Shown here: positions 18,431 to 24,116 of the stretch, piece by piece
Numbering within the stretch: the first letter of the stretch is position 1
Layout: each line of letters starts with the position of its first letter
Assembly: GCA_963702425.1 (NCBI GenBank)
Contig: CAVPCQ010000022.1
Location: 1 to 24,116, forward strand
Direction of reading: 5' to 3'
Length of the DNA stretch: 24,116 nucleotides
Source: an uncultured Acidobacteriota bacterium
GTDB lineage: Bacteria; Acidobacteriota; Polarisedimenticolia; J045
Program-made: the position numbers and the translations under genes
The notes under the pieces: generated by a model
What the model was told of the DNA's origin: nothing
Database searches by the model: none
The model's input: the letters and a program-made list of their open reading frames with translations, nothing else

Positions 18431-19732
18431 ATGGCCCCCGCGAGCGACGAGCCAGCCGCTGTCGTGCGCGCCCTGACCGCGCTGCTGACGGCGGAATGCA
18501 ACCTCCGCTGCCGGTACTGCTATCAGCGGCGACGCGGGGCCGGACCCATGACGTGGCCCACGCTGCGCGCCGCCGTCGACTGGCTGTTCGCCGGGCCCGC
18601 GGATCAGCTTCGGCTCGGCTTCACGGGGGGCGAGCCGCTCCTGGAGATCGCGCTGCTCCGCCGCGCGGTCTCCCGCGCCGAGCGGCTTCGCACCCCGGGC
18701 CTTCCGATCGAATACGGGCTCACCACCAACGGCTTGCTGCTCGATCCCGCGGCCGCTCGCTTCCTCGAGCGGCACCGCTTTCGCGTGCAGCTCAGCTTCG
18801 ACGGTGTCCCGCGCGCACAGGACCTGCGCGAACCGGACAGCTTCGCGGCGCTCGACGCGCTCCTGGCCCGGCTGCGGCGTGACAACCCCCGACTCCACGA
18901 GGACGGACTGAGCGTCGCGATCACCGTCTCTCCGGATGCCGTCCCGTACCTCGCAGAGTCGGTCGCGTACCTCCTCGACCGCCGCGTGCGGCGGCTGCTC
19001 CTCGGACCGGCCATGAGCACCGCCGGTGGCGGGAGCGCGGACGCGATCCGACGCCTCGAGCGCGAGTTCGAGCGCATCGAGCGGATCTGCTGGTCCCGCT
19101 TCCAGGCGACGGGGGCGGCGCCGCTCGTTCTGTTCGGTGGATCGCTCTGGGCGGCGTACGGACGCGAGCCACGCTCGAGACGCCGGAGCGCGCGCCGGCG
19201 CGCCCCCATTCCGATGTGCCGGATGGGGCAGCTCACCCAGCTGACGGTCGACGTCGACGGGGCGCTCTGCGAGTGTCCCCTGCTGGCACCTTCGGTGGCC
19301 GACCTCGGGTCCGGGCGCCCACGCTTCCCGCTGCCGCGGCTCGCGCTGGGCACCATCCGCAGCCCCGAGCTCGAGGCCCACGCCGCGTCGTACCGCGTGG
19401 CCCTCTCGGGGACTGGTCTCTTCGACGACCGGCGGGCCAAGTACTCGGGCTTCGGCCGCTGCGCCGAGTGCCGTCACCTCGGCCGCTGTGCGGTCTGCCC
19501 GATGTCGATCGCGATGACGCCGGGGAATGCCGACCCGCACCGGATTCCCGATTTCCAGTGCGCGTTCTACCGCGCGGCCCTCGGACACGCCGAGCGCTTC
19601 CGCAGGCGGGTCGCTCGCGTGACTCCTCCGGGCGGGGAGCCCTTCATCCCGCTCGCCATGCGCCGCCTTGCCGCGGCGCTCGGGGGAGACGGCCGGCCGG
19701 CGGCGGCGCTCAGTCGACCTCCTGCGCGGTGA
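18431..19732 (+). CDS. Radical SAM / SPASM-domain protein (anSME/peptide-maturase-like), about 433 aa
   Basis: CNLRCRYC (Cx3Cx2C), FTGGEPLL, TTNGLLL and LSFDG motifs. SPASM cysteines Cx13Gx4C followed by Cx2Cx5Cx2Cx20C. Start uncertain (ATG 18431 or GTG 18464). Confidence 0.92.
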   Translation: MAPASDEPAAVVRALTALLTAECNLRCRYCYQRRRGAGPMTWPTLRAAVDWLFAGPADQLRLGFTGGEPLLEIALLRRAVSRAERLRTPGLPIEYGLTTNGLLLDPAAARFLERHRFRVQLSFDGVPRAQDLREPDSFAALDALLARLRRDNPRLHEDGLSVAITVSPDAVPYLAESVAYLLDRRVRRLLLGPAMSTAGGGSADAIRRLEREFERIERICWSRFQATGAAPLVLFGGSLWAAYGREPRSRRRSARRRAPIPMCRMGQLTQLTVDVDGALCECPLLAPSVADLGSGRPRFPLPRLALGTIRSPELEAHAASYRVALSGTGLFDDRRAKYSGFGRCAECRHLGRCAVCPMSIAMTPGNADPHRIPDFQCAFYRAALGHAERFRRRVARVTPPGGEPFIPLAMRRLAAALGGDGRPAAALSRPPAR

Positions 19733-20132
19733 GGAACATCGCCTTCTCGAAGGCCTGGAAGAACTGCTGGTAGAGCACCGGGTCCGTGACCGGCTCGACG
19801 GCGTACTGCGCGCTGGCCCGCACGACGACCTGCGTCGTGCCGCGCTCGCGGACGGTCACCGTGATCCGCAACGGGTATCTGTCCAGCTTGGTCGCGCTCA
19901 CGGTCCCCAGCTCGAGATCGGCCTTGTCGATCACGAAGCCCAGGTCCTGGAGCGTGGCGATCGCGGTCCTCAGGGTCTTCTCGACGTCCGTCGTGTCGAA
20001 CGCCCGCGTCTGGATCGCCCGGAGCTGCACCTGGGACTGGCCGGTGTCGAGCACCTGCTCGGTCGTCGTCGCACAGCCGACGAGAAGGAGCGCGAGGATC
20101 ACTGCCTGTCCGAAACGGCTCCCGGTTCTCAT
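19710..20132 (-). CDS. Hypothetical lipoprotein (140 aa), paralog of 20137-20661
   Basis: ATG 20132; lipobox LVGC; motifs LRAIQTRAFDT, LQDLGFVI and LYQQFFQAFEKAMFL. Confidence 0.85.
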   Translation of the reverse strand: MRTGSRFGQAVILALLLVGCATTTEQVLDTGQSQVQLRAIQTRAFDTTDVEKTLRTAIATLQDLGFVIDKADLELGTVSATKLDRYPLRITVTVRERGTTQVVVRASAQYAVEPVTDPVLYQQFFQAFEKAMFLTAQEVD

Positions 20133-20136
20133 CGGC

Positions 20137-20661
20137 TCAGATCTCGTGGGCGTCGAGGAAAACCGCCTTGGACAACCGGCGGAAGAACTCCTGATACAGC
20201 TCCGGGGCCTCCAGGCTCTCCTCCCGCGTGATCGTGTTTTCGGTGCTGAACACGATCCGTTGGAAGGTGACCCGGACGATCGTCCCCGGCTCCACACCGG
20301 CCAGGGGACGGGTCACGACGGCGACGCGGATCTTCTGGTTCTTCTCGATCGGGATCCGCACGCCGATGGCCGCCGCGAAGGCCGCTCCGACGATCTGCCC
20401 CGCGTTCATCGCATCGCGGTCCTTCGACCCGACGATCACTCCCAGCTTCGTCTCGCTCTCCTCGATCGTGAAGCCCAGGTCCTGCAGCAGACCCGCGGAC
20501 GCCTTGAGCAGCTCGAGCTCCTTCCCGGTGTCGAAGCGGCGCGACTGCAGCTGCCGCAGCGCCAGGCTCTCCGGAGAGAGGGTGAGCGCGTCCGGGGGCA
20601 CACCGGTCGCGCATCCCGTCAGGACGACACCGATGAGCAGGCAGGCGACGCCGGTCCGCAT
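20137..20661 (-). CDS. Hypothetical lipoprotein (174 aa), paralog of 19710-20132
   Basis: ATG 20661; lipobox LTGC; motifs LRQLQSRRFDT, LQDLGFTI and LYQEFFRRLSKAVFL. Confidence 0.85.
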   Translation of the reverse strand: MRTGVACLLIGVVLTGCATGVPPDALTLSPESLALRQLQSRRFDTGKELELLKASAGLLQDLGFTIEESETKLGVIVGSKDRDAMNAGQIVGAAFAAAIGVRIPIEKNQKIRVAVVTRPLAGVEPGTIVRVTFQRIVFSTENTITREESLEAPELYQEFFRRLSKAVFLDAHEI

Positions 20662-20672
20662 GAATGAAGATC

Positions 20673-21071
20673 TCAGAAGGTCGATGCGTGATAGGCGAAG
20701 TCCCGGACCTTCTTGTTCTCGTCGAATTTCACGATGATGGTCAAGGTCTTCTGGGTGGTCGTCTGGGAGCTCGACGAATTCGACCCGCCGACGACGACGA
20801 TCGTGAAGTAGCCGTCCTGCGAGCTGTCGACGCGCGTGGTCGAGACCTTGTCCCAGACCCACACCTCCCGGCGCTGGTCGTCGGTCGTCACGACGTTCGG
20901 CGAGCCGAGTGCCTGGATGACCTCCTCGCCGGACATGCCGATGGCGATCTTCCGCTGCACTTCGCCGACGGTGAGCTGGGTCTCGCCCGGCGCGGGCTCG
21001 GGAGCGGGGGTCGTCGCGCATCCGAGGAGCGACGACGCCACGAGGACGGACAGCAACCAGGGGGTTTTCAC
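20673..21071 (-). CDS. SmpA/OmlA (BamE-like) domain lipoprotein (132 aa)
   Basis: GTG start after GAGGAGG; lipobox LLGC; IAIGMSGEEVIQALGSP, EVWVW and LTIIVKFDENKKV fit the SmpA/OmlA pattern. Confidence 0.8.
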   Translation of the reverse strand: MKTPWLLSVLVASSLLGCATTPAPEPAPGETQLTVGEVQRKIAIGMSGEEVIQALGSPNVVTTDDQRREVWVWDKVSTTRVDSSQDGYFTIVVVGGSNSSSSQTTTQKTLTIIVKFDENKKVRDFAYHASTF

Positions 21072-21299
21072 GGGTCAGCCTCCTCGGGGATCATCTTCCG
21101 CCTTGGGACCCCGCACTTCAATCTAGGATCGGCCGCCGACGCCTCGTCCGTGGTCCGCCGCGCTCCGGGGTCTCGCGTCTGCGGCCCCCGGCGCCCCTTA
21201 CGCGAGAACGAAAGCGGATTAGTGCGGGGTGGCACCAGCCTCCCGAGCAACCCGTTCCGATAGCATGGCTGCAGCGGTCCAACCTGGGGGGGGTGACTC

Positions 21300-22760
21300 A
21301 TGAGTGCTTCCGGCTCTGTGGCGGGTCGCGCGGCGCTCGCCGTCGGCTTGATGGTCGGCTTCTATGTCCTGGCGCTCGCGATCACGGCCGCGCTCGTCTT
21401 TGTGCCGATTGCCGAGGTGGTCTACACGAACCGGATCCATCCGAAGATCGCGCTCATCTGCCTCATCGGGGCCGCGACGATTCTCTGGTCGATTCTCCCG
21501 CGCCGGGATCGGTTCGACGCGCCCGGTCCGACCCTCGAGCCGGCGAGCCACCCGAAGCTGTTCGCGGAGATCGAGGGGGTCGCGCGGGCGACGGGGCAGG
21601 TCATGCCCGCGGAGGTGTTCCTGGTCGGCGACGTCAATGCCTGGGTCGCGCAGCGCGGCGGCGTCATGGGGTTCTTCAGCCGGCGAGTGATGGGGCTCGG
21701 ACTGCCCCTGCTGCAGACTCTCTCGGTGTCGGAGCTGCGTGCCGTCCTCGCGCACGAGTTCGGCCACTACTACGGCGGCGACACCCGGCTCGGCCCGTGG
21801 GTCTACAAGACGCGATCCGCGATCGGCCGCACGATCGGAGGCCTCGGGAACTCGTTCCTTCAGCTTCCGTTCCTGCTCTACGGCAACCTCTTTCTCAGGG
21901 TCTCGCACGCGGTGTCACGGCGCCAGGAGCTCAGCGCCGACGCGCTGGCCTCGCGGGTCGCCGGATCGCGGCCGCTCGTCGAAGGGCTGAAGAAGGTCCA
22001 GCTCGCGGCGGCCGGCTACGACGCGTACTGGTCACAGGAGGTCCTCCCCGTCGTGCAGGCGGGGTTCCTTCCGCCGATCGCGGAAGGCTTCCGGAGGTTC
22101 ACTTCCGACGCTCGAGTCTCCGAGGGGATGACGAAACTGCTCGAGGCGGCATTGCAGGAGGCCAGGGCCAACCCCTACGACACTCACCCACCGCTGGCTG
22201 AGCGGATCGCCGCCGCGTCCGGCCTGCCGGACGGGCCCGATCCCTCCGGGGAGCCACCCGCGATCTCGCTCCTGTCGGACGTCGCAGGCCTGGAGCGCAG
22301 GTGGCTCGCCACGGTGGCCGATGCGACGAGCGTCGGAACGCTCGCCCCGATCGCGTGGGACTCGGTTGTCTCCGCCGTTTTCCTGCCTGCCTGGCGCGCT
22401 GCGGTGGCGACGAACGCGGCCGCGCTCGAGGGGGCGACCGTTTGCGATCTCCCGAAGTTCATCTCCGAGGGCGCTGCCCGGGCCACGCGTTTGCCAGGCC
22501 GCCTCGAACCGGACAATGCCCCGGATGCTCGCAAAGCCTTCGTCCGATGGCTGGCGGCCGCGGGAACGATCCTGGCGCTCGAGCGCGCGGGCTGGACGAT
22601 CGCGGCCCCTCCCGGGGCTCCCGTGTCGGCGCGACGGAACGGGGACGAGCTGTTCCCCTTCGACGCGCTGCGGAAGATCGCAGACGGTTCGCTCACGGGC
22701 GACGCGTGGCGCGACGAAGCGTCGCGCCTCGGGGTCGGGGACCTGTCGCTGGCGGGCTGA
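21300..22760 (+). CDS. M48-family (HtpX/Ste24-like) membrane zinc metallopeptidase (486 aa)
   Basis: Two N-terminal TM segments; VNAWV; ELRAVLAHEFGH (HExxH); SRRQELSAD (third zinc ligand); DTHPPLAERI. Confidence 0.93.
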   Translation: MSASGSVAGRAALAVGLMVGFYVLALAITAALVFVPIAEVVYTNRIHPKIALICLIGAATILWSILPRRDRFDAPGPTLEPASHPKLFAEIEGVARATGQVMPAEVFLVGDVNAWVAQRGGVMGFFSRRVMGLGLPLLQTLSVSELRAVLAHEFGHYYGGDTRLGPWVYKTRSAIGRTIGGLGNSFLQLPFLLYGNLFLRVSHAVSRRQELSADALASRVAGSRPLVEGLKKVQLAAAGYDAYWSQEVLPVVQAGFLPPIAEGFRRFTSDARVSEGMTKLLEAALQEARANPYDTHPPLAERIAAASGLPDGPDPSGEPPAISLLSDVAGLERRWLATVADATSVGTLAPIAWDSVVSAVFLPAWRAAVATNAAALEGATVCDLPKFISEGAARATRLPGRLEPDNAPDARKAFVRWLAAAGTILALERAGWTIAAPPGAPVSARRNGDELFPFDALRKIADGSLTGDAWRDEASRLGVGDLSLAG

Positions 22761-22792
22761 TCGCGGTCGGCAGCGCTTCCGCCCACCCGCGC

Positions 22793-24116
22793 TCAGAGCT
22801 TGACGATCTCGACCCTCCGGTTGGTCTGCCGTCCTTCCGGCGTGTCGTTCGGCGCCGCCGGCTTGCTCGCCCCGAACCCCTTGCTCTCCAGCCGCCCGGC
22901 GTCGATCCCGAAGTTGGCGACGAGCGACTGCTTCACCGCCGCGGCGCGTTTTTCGGACAGGACCTGGTTCGAGGCCTCGCTGCCGACGTTGTCGGTGTGC
23001 CCTTCGATCAGCAGGCGCAGGTCGGGGTGATCCTTCAGCATCTGGCCGATTTCCTTGAGCGTGCCCGACGACTCGGGGCGCAGCTTGTCGCTCCCGGTGT
23101 CGAAGTAGATCCCCTGGAGCGCAAGCCGACCGGTGACGGCGAACGCGTCGTAGATCTTCTTGTCGCTCGCCGCGACCCGGAAGTTGCCGACGTAGACGTA
23201 GTACGGCTCCTCGGCGAAGAACGTGTTGATCCAGATCTTGTTGCTCTTCAGGAGCTGGGCGTTGGGGACGTTCGCGATCCGGCGGTCGTTGACGTAGAAC
23301 TTGACGTAGGAGCCGTCGGCCAGGAGCATCATCTTGTTCGGGCGGTTGTCGTTCAGGTTGGTGAGACCCAACTGGGTGTGCGGGGCGCCCTCGGCGCCGC
23401 CGAGCAGCGACGCACTGTCGGGCCGGAGCGCGAACATGTTCGCCAGGTGCCCGGCGTGGTCCTTCTCGAAGGAGATCTGGATGCCGGCCTGCCCCCGCTG
23501 ATCGGCCGGGGTGGCCGAAGATGAAGTCCATCTCGAAGGTCCACCGTTCCGGCAGCGGCTCCGTCAGATTGATCGAGATCCACGCGCCGCCGTGGCCCTC
23601 GCTGCGCAGGAAGCGCGCCCCCTGCCACTCGACGATCTCCCAGTTGCCCGACTCGAAGCCCAGGCGGCGCGGGAAGTCGCCGACGGTGTCCTGCGCGAAG
23701 TCGTCGGCGAAGATCACGCGGTTCCCGGGCACGAAGTCGAAGTTGGCCCACACTCCTTCCATCGGCCCGACGGGACCCGGCTCCGCTCCTTGCTTGGTGC
23801 CTCCGGCCGGCGTTGCGGCCGCTCCGCCGGGCTGCTGGTCCTCCGGCAGCGGTTTTCCCTGCTCGTCCACGAGCACGACCTTCTTGCCCTTCTTCTTCGC
23901 CTTGTCGAGGCAGGCCTGGTCGGACGCGACGCACTTCATCCGTTCTCCGCCGAGTCCAGCCCCTCGTCGATCGCCTCGTCGGTCTTCTGGTCGGCGCGCT
24001 GCGCCGACTTCTGCTCGACTTTCTTCTTGACCTTGTCGAGCCAGCTCTGGCCGGAGACGACGGGGGCGAACAGCACCATCAGGACGACCGGGATCAAGAC
24101 CAGGGAGGACGGCGAG
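22793..24116 (-). pseudogene. OmpA-family (peptidoglycan-binding) exported protein, 5'-truncated by the window edge and interrupted by two frameshifts (pseudogene or sequencing error)
   Basis: Segment 1 (24115-23942): signal peptide plus SWLDKVKKKVEQK...AIDEGLDSAEN, then GGA TGA. Segment 2 (23939 to about 23510, different frame): KCVASDQAC...NFDFVPGNRVIFADDF...LPERWTFEMDF. Segment 3 (about 23510-22793): GIYFDTGS, IEGHTD, LSEKRAAAV, NRRVEI. Confidence 0.8.

Noticed and set aside
19710-19732. 23-bp 3' overlap between the rSAM gene and the convergent lipoprotein gene
   Set aside because: Short tail-to-tail overlaps are common in high-GC genomes and do not show that the lipoproteins belong to the rSAM system.
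21072-21299. GC-rich hairpin (about 21165-21191) and a 77-aa ORF in the divergent intergenic region
   Set aside because: No recognisable riboswitch or RNA family features. The ORF has no coding signature and overlaps both neighbouring start codons.
21300-22760. M48 peptidase (or the metzincin and RND pump) as the processing and export machinery of the putative RiPP
   Set aside because: They are in separate transcription units with their own regulatory context, and nothing in the sequence links them to the rSAM locus. Synteny data would be needed.

Overview
GC-rich, gene-dense bacterial window with about 18 genes and no recognisable rRNA, tRNA, CRISPR array or mobile element. The gene repertoire (Hanks kinases fused to TPR or PD40 repeats, lipoproteins, RND pump, OmpA protein) suggests a diderm such as Acidobacteriota, but this is inference only. 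In order: a TetR-MFP-RND efflux operon with a perfect 22-bp palindromic operator; a MocR/GabR regulator divergent from a secreted multidomain metzincin protease; an OmpR-type two-component operon with a PepSY-like protein and a Cys-rich exported protein; two back-to-back Ser/Thr kinases; a 116-aa orphan protein and a radical SAM/SPASM enzyme downstream of the second kinase; a three-lipoprotein operon; an M48 peptidase; and an OmpA-family gene with two compensating frameshifts that runs off the window end. The best candidate for an undescribed system is the apparent operon at 15354-19732: receptor kinase, small protein with two W-x-C-aromatic motifs, and rSAM/SPASM enzyme. It may be a peptide or protein modification (RiPP-like) system linked to kinase signalling. 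No database searches were run.
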